From the NCBI GenBank assembly GCA_963783195.1, contig CAWAMV010000001.1, positions 642 to 64,641 of the forward strand: a stretch of 64,000 nucleotides of DNA, read 5' to 3'. Position numbers and translations under genes: made by a program. The stretch's first letter is position 1; each line of letters begins with the position of its first letter. Below the pieces are notes generated by a model, which was not told where the DNA came from, did no database searches, and worked only from the letters and a program-made list of their open reading frames with translations. Of this stretch, positions 52,434-60,147 are shown piece by piece. The DNA comes from an uncultured Alphaproteobacteria bacterium. Its GTDB lineage: Bacteria > Pseudomonadota > Alphaproteobacteria > Sphingomonadales > Sphingomonadaceae.

Positions 52434-53168
52434 GCTGGTCACAGCTTGAGCAGCTCGACGCCGAGATCAAGCAGGCCGATATCGCCATTGCCAAGCTGGC
52501 CAAGGCAGATCCGGTGGCGAGCGCGCTGATGTCGATCCCGGGCATTGGTCCGGTCACTGCCTCGGCGCTTGGTTGCCAGCGTCAGCGATCCATTCGAGTT
52601 CTCCGGACCACGGCAGTTCGCCGCCTTTCTGGGCCTCGTCCCTCGGCAGAACTCATCGGGGGGCAAGGTCCGGCTCGGACGTATCTCCAAGATGGGCAAC
52701 GCCTATCTGAGAAAGCTACTCGTCGTGGGGGCGCACGCCGTACTCTACCATCGCGCGCGCCATACTGATCCGCTTCGGTGCTGGGCAGACAAGCTGATGG
52801 AGACCAAACCGTTCAAGCTGGTCGCCGTGGCTACTCGCCAACAAGCTTGCCCGCATCGTCTTTGCGGTCATGACCACCGGCAAATCCTATCGCAATGCCG
52901 CCGCCTGAACACGGCTGACGGCAACGCTCCAAAATCTCGGGTGACTATGAGGTGATGCGACACAACCGGACATAATCTGCCAAGCCCGAGGAGGTGTCAG
53001 CGCAGCAAAGCGCGTCAGACTGAATAGGGGCCAGCAGATCAGCGGACAAACATCAGGGCCAGTGGGATCAATACCCGCACTCAAAGGCCGGAGACATGAC
53101 CGCACCCGATGACCGTCGCCTAACCAAAGATCACCCTTGATCGCAGGGCGCCGTCCAGACATGACACC
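52434..53168 (+). pseudogene. IS110-family element, 3' half (transposase C-terminus, frameshifted, plus right end)
   Basis: ..LMSIPGIGPVTASAL then FSGPRQFAAFLGLVPRQNSSGGKVRLGRISKMGNAYLRKLLVVGAHAVL..KPFKLVAVA. It ends with CCCTTGATCGCAGGGCGCCGTCCAGACATGACACCTCC (53134-53168). Confidence 0.75.
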
Positions 53169-53203
53169 TCCGATCTATCGTCTGCTGGGCCGTGCTTAAA
53201 TAA

Positions 53204-54278
53204 CTAGGGCTTGATCGCGACCTTCAGGACACCGTCCCGCTGGTGCGAAAACAGCTCGTAGGCATCCACGATGGCATCAAGGGAGAATTGGTGGGTCACC
53301 AGTGGGCGCGTATCGATGCGCCCTGCGGCAATCACTTCCATCAAACGCCGCATACGCTCTTTGCCGCCTGGACAGAGCGTCGTGATGATTCGGTTGTCCC
53401 CCAAACCGGCCGAAAAGGCATCGAGAGGGATCTTCAGATCACTCGAATAGACGCCCAGCGAAGAAAGGGTTCCGCCTGGGCGAAGCACGCGCAGGGCGCT
53501 TTCGAATGTTGCCTGTGTGCCCAACGCCTCGATCGCCACGTCGACGCCGCGACCTTCTGTGATGCGCCGGATTTCGTCGACTGGATCCACCTTGGAAAAA
53601 TCGACAATATGCGTTGCGCCCATCGCCCTTGCCATCTCGATGCGGGGTGCGAACGCTTTCAACGGCAATGACTGTTGTCGCGCCCATCATGTGTGCGCCC
53701 GCCGTTGCGCAAAGGCCGATCGGTCCTTGCGCAAAAACGGCCACACAGTCGCCGATGCGGACACGGCCCGACTCCGCTCCGCTGAATCCCGTCGACATGA
53801 TGTCCGGACACATCAGCACCTGCTCGTCGCTAAGGCCGTCAGGGACCGGCGAGAGGTTCGCCATCGCATCGGGAACGAGCAAATATTCGGCCTGGGCGCC
53901 ATCGATCGTATTGCCGAAGCGCCAGCCACCCATTGCTTGCCACCCGCTGCCTTCGTGTCCGCCGCATTGCGAATGGAACCCGCACAGCGAAGCATAGGAT
54001 GTCCCCGACGGCGTTATGGCTCCGGCGATCACGCGTTGCCCTTCCCGATAGCCGAGAACCGCCGATCCAAGCTTCTCGATAATGCCTACCGGTTCGTGGC
54101 CTACCGTCAGTCCTTTGGCGACGGGGTACTCGCCTTTCAGAATGTGCACGTCGGTACCGCAGATGGTCGTGGTGGTTACACGGATCAGCGCGTCGAGGGG
54201 CCCGACGTCGGGGATGGGCTTTTCATCCAGAACGATGCGGCCTGGCTCAACGAATATTGCGGCTCTCATCATCACCAT
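53204..54278 (-). pseudogene. Zn-dependent alcohol dehydrogenase (MDR family), one frameshift near 53655
   Basis: ORF 53439-54278 carries ICGTDVHILKGEYP..GHEPVG, ..FAQGPIGLCA and ..VIAVES. ORF 53204-53668 carries PRIEMARAMGATHIVDF...GVLKVAIKP. One extra C appears after GAAAGCGTT. Confidence 0.75.
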
Positions 54279-54319
54279 GCGTATTCTCCCTTTCCGGAGC
54301 CTGCGGCTAACGTGGGGCG

Positions 54320-56806
54320 CTAGATCGAACTACGGACGGTGGGAGTGCGCGACCCTTTCGATGCGAGCCGGCGCCCATCCGCCAGGTGAAAAGCTGTACC
54401 CGGCAGGGCGAACAGAATGCCCACGCCAAAAGCTAACAATCCGGCTTTCCATCCCACGGTGGTGAAATCCAACCAGCCGGCCACGCCAGGCACGTAAGCT
54501 ATCCCTAGCACGAAAGCGGCCGCGGCGCACACGACCAGCCTGGAAGAGAGATTGTTCAGGCCGCTGAGGACAGCGAGCGTCGCGGACAGGGCTGAAAGCA
54601 GGACGAAGAACCCCAGGGTTCGGGCTTCGCCGACGCTCGCTCCTTCACCAAGAGCAGAGATGAATTGCCAGGCGACGCCGATCGTCACCGCCAGGCCTGT
54701 CATAGAGATCGCAGCTGCCTGGCGTGCGCTGAAAAACCCTCCTGTTCGCGGAATGCCTTCCATGGCGGCTGGTTTGGGTTTCTGCTGGAACCCGAGAATT
54801 GCCGCCGGATGAATGAACAGTTCCAGCACAACGATATGGATCGGCAGGTAAAGCAGGGGGAAGTCGAGCAGCGGGATCGCCGCCGCCGTCGTCACCAGGG
54901 GAATGTGTACAATCAGCAGGAATGCGAAGCTCCGGCTGAGGTTGGCGAACAGCTGGCGTCCCTCGGCGATAGCCTTGATGATCGTCGCGAAATTGTCATC
55001 CATCAGCACGATCGCGGCAACCTCGCGCGCGCTCTGAGTTCCCCTCAACCCCATGGCGATACCGATATCGGCGGCCTTGAGCGCCGGCACATCGTTCACG
55101 CCATCACCCGTCACTGCCGTAACAGTTCCGTCCTCGCGCAGGGCCTCGACCAGCTTTGCCTTCTGCGCTGGGGATGCCCTGGCGATCACGTCCAGCCTGC
55201 AGAGGAACGAGCGTTCCCCAGCGTCGATGCGCTGCTCCAATTCGTCGCCCAACATAACAGCCGGAATCGCGGCCAGTCCCGCTTCGCGGGCGATCGCCAC
55301 GGCGGTACGGGGATGATCTCCGGTGACCATCACAACGCGAATTCCCGCGCCATGTGCGATCATCACTGCATCAGGAACACCCTCGCGAATGGGATCAGCG
55401 ATACCGACGAGGCCGGCAAAGGTGAAGCCGTCCGAAGGCTCCGCATCGCCGGACTGCCCAAGTCGAAACGCACAGCCGATGACCTTCTGTCCGCTCGACG
55501 ATAGCTCCGCGAGCACCTTTTCGATTTGCTCGAATTGCGCAGGCGGGATCTCGCACAGGCTGGCAATCGTTTCAGGGGCACCCTTGGCGACAGCGAGCGT
55601 TCCGGATCCTCCTTCCCAGATAGCCACCTCCTTCCTGCGCGCCTCGGTGAAAGGAAACGTTCGGACAAGCGTCCATCCGGAAGGTGCGAGCGGGACCGCG
55701 GCTCTAAGCGCCTCGTCGAGCGGATCATGCGATGCTTCGCGCGCAGCCATTGCGCCCAGTTCCAGCAGGCGTTCAGAGCTCGTATCCCCGACCCCTCGCA
55801 GTTCCTGCAGGCGCAGCCGACCCTCTGTGATCGTGCCGGTCTTGTCGCTGCAGATCACCCGGACCCGGCCGATATTCTCCACCGCCACGGCGCGGCGCAC
55901 CAACGCCTTGCTCTTGGCGAGCCGGTAGGCGCCGACGCCAAGAAAGAAGGTAAGTGCCACCGGAAATTCTTCGGGAATGGCGGCGACCGCCAGGACCGCG
56001 GCGCTCAGGAATGCGTCAATCAGGCCATGTCCCTGGTAGAGGCGGATGCCGGCGAGCAACAGGCAGATCGCAACCGCAGCCAGCAGAAGCATGCGAACAA
56101 GCCCTGCAACGGCAAGTTGAAGCGGCGTACGCTCGTCGCGCGTCCCGGTAGCCGCTGCGACGATCTCGCCATAAAGGCATTCCCGTCCCGTAAAGAGCAG
56201 CCGCACGTGAGCCACCCCAGTCAGGAGGCGAGTGCCGGCAAAGACCCAATTTTCCTCGGCCAGGATGGGATCGCCAGGCGACATCGGGCGCTTGGCAACC
56301 GGGTACGCTTCACCGGTCAGCGAGGATTCGTCCGCCTGCAGATCATCGCCCCCCACGATTACGCCGTCAGCCGGAAATGCCTCGCCGGCAGCGACCGACA
56401 CCAGATCACCCACGACCAGTTCATCGGCCGCGACAGCGCTTTGGCCGGAGCGACGGATCACGACGGCTTGGATCGCCAGCGCACTTCTGAGGCCCTTGAG
56501 CGACGCCTCGGTCCGCCGGTGCAGGTAGAAATCCATCCCGATGAGCGGCACCAGGGCAAGCATCAGGACAGCGGCATCCGACAGCTCGCCCAGGCCGGCA
56601 AAGACAAAACTCGTGACCAGCAGAAACCAGAGCATCGGATCGCGTGCGGTATCGCCGGTCAACTGGCGCGCTGACCTCGCGTGATATTCGGCGATGACGT
56701 TGTTGCCGAAACGCTCGCGCAACGAGTTAGCTTCGGAATCGGTGATCCCATCCAGGTCCCCGGCGCCGAGCAGCGTTTCCCGCTCCTTTGGAATTTCACG
56801 CTTCAT
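54320..56806 (-). CDS. Cation-transporting P-type ATPase (P2-like)
   Basis: 828-aa ORF with the N-terminal cation-ATPase motif LSDSEANSLRERFGNN-like. Also present: TGEAYPV, the phosphorylation site ICSDKTGTITEG, MVTGDHPRTA and the hinge TGDGVNDVPALKAADIGIAMG. Confidence 0.9.
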   Translation of the reverse strand: MKREIPKERETLLGAGDLDGITDSEANSLRERFGNNVIAEYHARSARQLTGDTARDPMLWFLLVTSFVFAGLGELSDAAVLMLALVPLIGMDFYLHRRTEASLKGLRSALAIQAVVIRRSGQSAVAADELVVGDLVSVAAGEAFPADGVIVGGDDLQADESSLTGEAYPVAKRPMSPGDPILAEENWVFAGTRLLTGVAHVRLLFTGRECLYGEIVAAATGTRDERTPLQLAVAGLVRMLLLAAVAICLLLAGIRLYQGHGLIDAFLSAAVLAVAAIPEEFPVALTFFLGVGAYRLAKSKALVRRAVAVENIGRVRVICSDKTGTITEGRLRLQELRGVGDTSSERLLELGAMAAREASHDPLDEALRAAVPLAPSGWTLVRTFPFTEARRKEVAIWEGGSGTLAVAKGAPETIASLCEIPPAQFEQIEKVLAELSSSGQKVIGCAFRLGQSGDAEPSDGFTFAGLVGIADPIREGVPDAVMIAHGAGIRVVMVTGDHPRTAVAIAREAGLAAIPAVMLGDELEQRIDAGERSFLCRLDVIARASPAQKAKLVEALREDGTVTAVTGDGVNDVPALKAADIGIAMGLRGTQSAREVAAIVLMDDNFATIIKAIAEGRQLFANLSRSFAFLLIVHIPLVTTAAAIPLLDFPLLYLPIHIVVLELFIHPAAILGFQQKPKPAAMEGIPRTGGFFSARQAAAISMTGLAVTIGVAWQFISALGEGASVGEARTLGFFVLLSALSATLAVLSGLNNLSSRLVVCAAAAFVLGIAYVPGVAGWLDFTTVGWKAGLLAFGVGILFALPGTAFHLADGRRLASKGSRTPTVRSSI

Positions 56807-56827
56807 GGCTGCCGCTTGGTACCGGCG

Positions 56828-57250
56828 TTATTCGCGCACGACCATCACGGAGCACTTTGCATGACGGACGACGCGCGAGGCATTGGCTCCCAGAAGATAG
56901 TCCTTCATTTCCGGTCGGTGCGACGACAGCACGATCAGATCGGCTTCAAAAGTCTCGCCCGCCTCGATGAGGCCTGCATAGACGGAGCCACTTCTGACAA
57001 TTTCGTCGATATCTCTTCCGGCGGCGTGATCGCGAGCGACCTTCATCAGCTTGATCCGTGCATCCTCCATGATCGCGCGAACTGACGAAACCGACCATTG
57101 TGCCTGCAACATCAGCACCGTGTCGGGCACGACATAAGCAAGCGCCACCTTTGCTCCAAAACAATCTGCGAAGGCCAGAGCCGTGGCGATGGGCTTTTGC
57201 CATGAACTGGGTTCATCCAGATCGACAGCGACCAAAATCCTAGAGTACAC
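56828..57250 (-). CDS. Universal stress protein (UspA family)
   Basis: Part of ORF 56828-57316. I prefer the GTG (rc 57248-57250) that follows AAGGAGG. Motifs: YSRILVAVDLDEPS.., ADLIVLSSHRPEMKDYLLGANASRVVRHAKCSVMVVR. Confidence 0.8.
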   Translation of the reverse strand: MYSRILVAVDLDEPSSWQKPIATALAFADCFGAKVALAYVVPDTVLMLQAQWSVSSVRAIMEDARIKLMKVARDHAAGRDIDEIVRSGSVYAGLIEAGETFEADLIVLSSHRPEMKDYLLGANASRVVRHAKCSVMVVRE

Positions 57251-57332
57251 CGGATTCCTCCTTCTTGATTGCCGGGTTCGTTGCCAGCTGTTCCCTTCGC
57301 GGAAAGCGCCGGCCAAGCACTTCTTTTATACC

Positions 57333-57633
57333 ACAAGGCAGCAGCGCTTACCTTCATGAAGAAGGCGCTGAAGCGCCACGGCTCACCCGAGGCGATCACC
57401 ACCGACGGACTGCGCTCGTACAAGGCAGCAATGAGCGAGCTCGGCTGCGAGGCAAAGCAGGAGATCGGCCGCTGGGCCAACAACAGGGTGGAGAACTCTC
57501 ACCTGCCCTTCCGAAGACGAGAACGAGCGATGCTGCGCTTCAGGCAGATGAAGTCGCTACAGAAGTTCGCTTCGGTTCACGCCAACGTCCACAATCACTT
57601 CAACTCAGAACGCCACCTCGTCGATCGCCAGAC
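57333..57633 (+). mobile_element. IS6 (subtype A) internal/3' fragment
   Basis: Encodes ..KAAALTFMKKALKRHGSPEAITTDGLRSYKAAMSELGCEAKQEIGRWANNRVENSHLPFRRRERAMLRF...NSERHLVDRQT. It has neither end repeat. Confidence 0.8.
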
Positions 57634-57702
57634 CGCACCCTGCCAGATCCGAACATCAACTCAATTTACCCCTTGCAGCGCAGGGGCCATCCACAGATGA
57701 CA
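57634..57702 (+). repeat. IS1111-like right-end relic
   Basis: GCACCCTGCCAGATCCGAACATCAACTCAATTTACCCCTTGCAGCGCAGGGGCCATCCACAGATGACAGCTCC parallels 37370-37440. Confidence 0.6.
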
Positions 57703-57932
57703 GCTCCGTGACGGACGCTCCGGCGCCTAGCTGGGGTCATTTTGGTCAAGGCTCCGGTTGGTCTCCACGAGGGTGTTTCCTCAGTGTGCTTGCCATCGCG
57801 TTTGCCACTAGTTGCGCGACCAGCCGCCTTTCCCGCGGGACAAATATGGCGACACTGCTCGTGCGTAGCCCTTCCGTTCATTTCTCGGCAAGGCGGCCGA
57901 GGACAGCCTTCGGATCGCATCGGAGGTGCAAC

Positions 57933-58076
57933 ATGGAAACTGCAATTGTAATCGCCACGATCATCCTGGGAACTCTGGGTACGACGTACCTGGCGGGCGA
58001 GGCTCTCGCGATGACCCAGCTACCGAAGGGACGTGACCGGCGGTGGAAGCGCCTCGGATGGCCTCCTCAGAATTGA
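57933..58076 (+). CDS. Possible small membrane protein (47 aa)
   Basis: ATG 57933 lies 5 nt after GGAGGTG. The product METAIVIATIILGTLGTTYLAGEALAM.. has one TM segment. It lies inside the longer ORF 57708-58076. Confidence 0.3.
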   Translation: METAIVIATIILGTLGTTYLAGEALAMTQLPKGRDRRWKRLGWPPQN

Positions 58077-58087
58077 CTACCGAGGCT

Positions 58088-58288
58088 TTAGCTTGACTTC
58101 AGGCTGGCGAGCGCGTCCCGACGCTCTTCCTTACGCCAGCTCTCGCGATCGGCTCGGTCTATGGCGCGGAGCAGTTCGGCGAAATGCGACTCATCGCTGA
58201 TAGGTAGGACCCTCTTGAGATTCTTGCCGAACCTGTCGAGGTCGCCCTGTGTGAGCGCGGCGAAGGCCACGATCTTTTCCCGGGACAT
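58088..58288 (-). CDS. Hypothetical small protein (66 aa)
   Basis: The ORF begins MSREKIVAFAALTQGDLDRFGKNLKRVLPISDESHFAELLRAIDRADRESW.. and is charged and helical-looking. No family is recognised. Confidence 0.35.
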   Translation of the reverse strand: MSREKIVAFAALTQGDLDRFGKNLKRVLPISDESHFAELLRAIDRADRESWRKEERRDALASLKSS

Positions 58289-58426
58289 AGCGGGTTCCTT
58301 TTCTCCACCCGCTCATGAGTCCCAACCGTCTAGCGTGATTAGGTTTCCCGAAAACCAAAAGAATCCGGAGGCTGCCTTCTGTTCCCGCTCCGTTCCAAAT
58401 GGCGCATGGGTCGGCACCGTCTCAGT

Positions 58427-58719
58427 GGCACTGTCAGACGAACGGCAGCTGCTAGCTGCAGCTAATCCAGCGCAAGTCTCGAGCAATCCATCGGGTACTG
58501 TCAGAAGGATGGGGGGCACTGTCAGAAGGACGGGGCAGGTGCTAGCGGCGCTGGATGAGCCGCAAGTCCCGAGCCAAGCCGCCTAGCCCTTTTCGATACT
58601 TTCACTCCTCGCCCGAAGTGATCCGGCTGGTGGTGATGATGTATGTCAGGTTCCCGCTGTCGCTGCGGAACGTCGAGGACCTGCTGTCGGAGCGCGGGAT
58701 CGATATTTGCCACGAGACA
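58427..58719 (+). mobile_element. Three stacked IS6 left ends (58427, 58493, 58515), the last with ~55 transposase codons
   Basis: GGCACTGTCAGACGAACGGCAGCTGCTAGC.., GGGTACTGTCAGAAGGATGGGG and GGCACTGTCAGAAGGACGGGGCAGGTGCTAGC, then ATG 58555 (MSRKSRAKPPSPFRYFHSS..ERGIDICHET). The break is near 58719. Confidence 0.8.
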
Positions 58720-58814
58720 GCGCATGCTGACTGATTTCAATCAGGCAGTTTCAGGTGGCCCGCTCTGCGACATTTCGGTGAGCGCACTTGCTCAGGCAGT
58801 AACCTTTAGGCGCT

Positions 58815-59285
58815 TCAAGAACCCCCCGGCACATTCACGCTCAGGATTTCGATCGCATCCTCGGCATTGCCGAACGGGAGCAGGTCTCCCTCCTGCCCGC
58901 CCAGCATGGCTCGACATAAAGGTGCGTTGAAGGAAATCAGGCCGTCAGACGGCGCCGCTTCGTCGTCTCCGACGATCCGAAGGGTCCGGGCGATGCCGTT
59001 CAATGTAAAGTGAACCTCCGTGCCGAACTCTACCTTCGCGCCGGAAGGCACTGGCACCAGATCGGCCGTGACTTGCCGAGTTTGCCAGTATCGCAAGTCA
59101 CGTTGAAAGCTGGCGACGTTCGCCGGGTCAGTAGAGTCGGCAATGAGGGCTTCCAGCTCGGCGACCCGTTCCTCGATCAGCCGCAGTCCACGCGCGGTGA
59201 CGAGGTTTGGACCAGCTGGGATCGGAAGCTCGAATTTCGGCTCCAGGTGCTCTTCGTCGCTGTCGCGACGGAACGCCACACTCAT
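58815..59285 (-). CDS. GreA/GreB-family (Rnk-like) protein
   Basis: Part of ORF 58815-59342; ATG (rc 59283-59285) overlaps the HNH stop as TGATG. A coiled segment (LIEERVAELEALIADS) precedes a Gre C-terminal-like domain (GAKVEFGTEVHFTL..TLRIVGDDEA..GLISFNAPLCRAMLGGQEGD). Confidence 0.7.
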   Translation of the reverse strand: MSVAFRRDSDEEHLEPKFELPIPAGPNLVTARGLRLIEERVAELEALIADSTDPANVASFQRDLRYWQTRQVTADLVPVPSGAKVEFGTEVHFTLNGIARTLRIVGDDEAAPSDGLISFNAPLCRAMLGGQEGDLLPFGNAEDAIEILSVNVPGGS

Positions 59286-59626
59286 CAGCGCTTTTTCTTC
59301 GAGATGGTCGCGGTAAAATCCGGATCTTTGTTCGCCACCCAATCCACGAACTTGCGTACGGCGGGATTGGCCAGCAGGCCCTCCACATCCATTCCGTGGC
59401 GCTGCAGTTCGGAATTGGTGAAATTGACCGTCAGCGTCTGCTGACAGATCGGATGCATCGGCACGACATCACGCCCGCCCCGGCTCTTGGGTACAGGATG
59501 ATGCCAGACGATCTTCTGTCCGGTCGGACGGCCGCATAGCCAGCAGGGCGCCGCCGCTGCCGGAGTATTGTCGTCCTCGGCCTGTGCGCCTTCGAAAGAG
59601 CCATGTTTGGAATGCTTGCGGGCCAT
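59285..59626 (-). CDS. Small HNH endonuclease-family protein (113 aa)
   Basis: CWLCGRPTGQKIVWHHPVPKSRGGRDVVPMHPICQQTL carries a CxxC...HH...H..C HNH signature. Confidence 0.8.
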   Translation of the reverse strand: MARKHSKHGSFEGAQAEDDNTPAAAAPCWLCGRPTGQKIVWHHPVPKSRGGRDVVPMHPICQQTLTVNFTNSELQRHGMDVEGLLANPAVRKFVDWVANKDPDFTATISKKKR

Positions 59627-59841
59627 GTGCTTGCCTCAATGGGAGCTGCCGGAGCGCCCGTATAGAGCGCGCGGGCGACATTGCCAGATCGGTCGGCCAT
59701 CGAGCTTGTGAAAGGATGCTTCCTCGAGAGACGAACTCCGGATCTCCGTGCCGCAGGTGCGCTCGAGAGCTATTGGCGCCGCGCGCATGTCCGCTTCAAC
59801 GCCTTTGGACCCGAAAGCAGCCGTTCTGCAATCGGCCCAAA
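59615..59841 (-). repeat. Copy 1 of the ~226-bp repeat: leader region of the HNH gene
   Basis: Spans from codon 4 of the HNH gene to 215 nt upstream. Its counterpart is at 45359-45583. Confidence 0.8.
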
Positions 59842-60128
59842 CGAGGACATCCGCCCATCCCGCTTGGGTGGTTCGAATACCGCACGCTCTATCCCGTCAA
59901 TCGCCTGCCGTTTCCAGGCCGCGATCATCGTGTGATGCACGCCGTGCTTGGCTGCGAGCTCCGCCAGCGTCAGATCGCCCCGGATCGCCTCCAGCGCCAC
60001 CTTGGCCTTGAAATCCGCGCTGTAGCGCTTCCTCGTCGTCTTCATTCCCGTACCAATCCATCAGGTCGGGAGTAGCTTAACACCCTGTCCGAAAAACCGC
60101 CGCCACCTCAGGTTGTCGGTCGAGTTCA
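59770..60128 (-). mobile_element. IS3-family remnant: left terminal repeat plus orfA fragment
   Basis: The rc of 60100-60128 is TGAACTCGACCGACAACCTGAGGTGGCGG (TGA.. terminus). ORF 59770-60045 starts MKTTRKRYSADFKAKVALEAIRGDLTLAELAAKHGVHHTMIAAWKRQAIDG (IS3 OrfA HTH) and then loses similarity. No orfB is present. Confidence 0.65.
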
Positions 60129-60147
60129 TCGGCTGATTCAAAGAAAG

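Noticed and set aside
59681-59935. Plus-strand ORFs across the 226-bp repeat (59681-59935, 59584-60075; 45490-45993 at the other copy) as real genes
   Set aside because: Differences between the two repeat copies are mostly non-synonymous in every frame, and the ORFs differ in frame between the copies. This looks non-coding.
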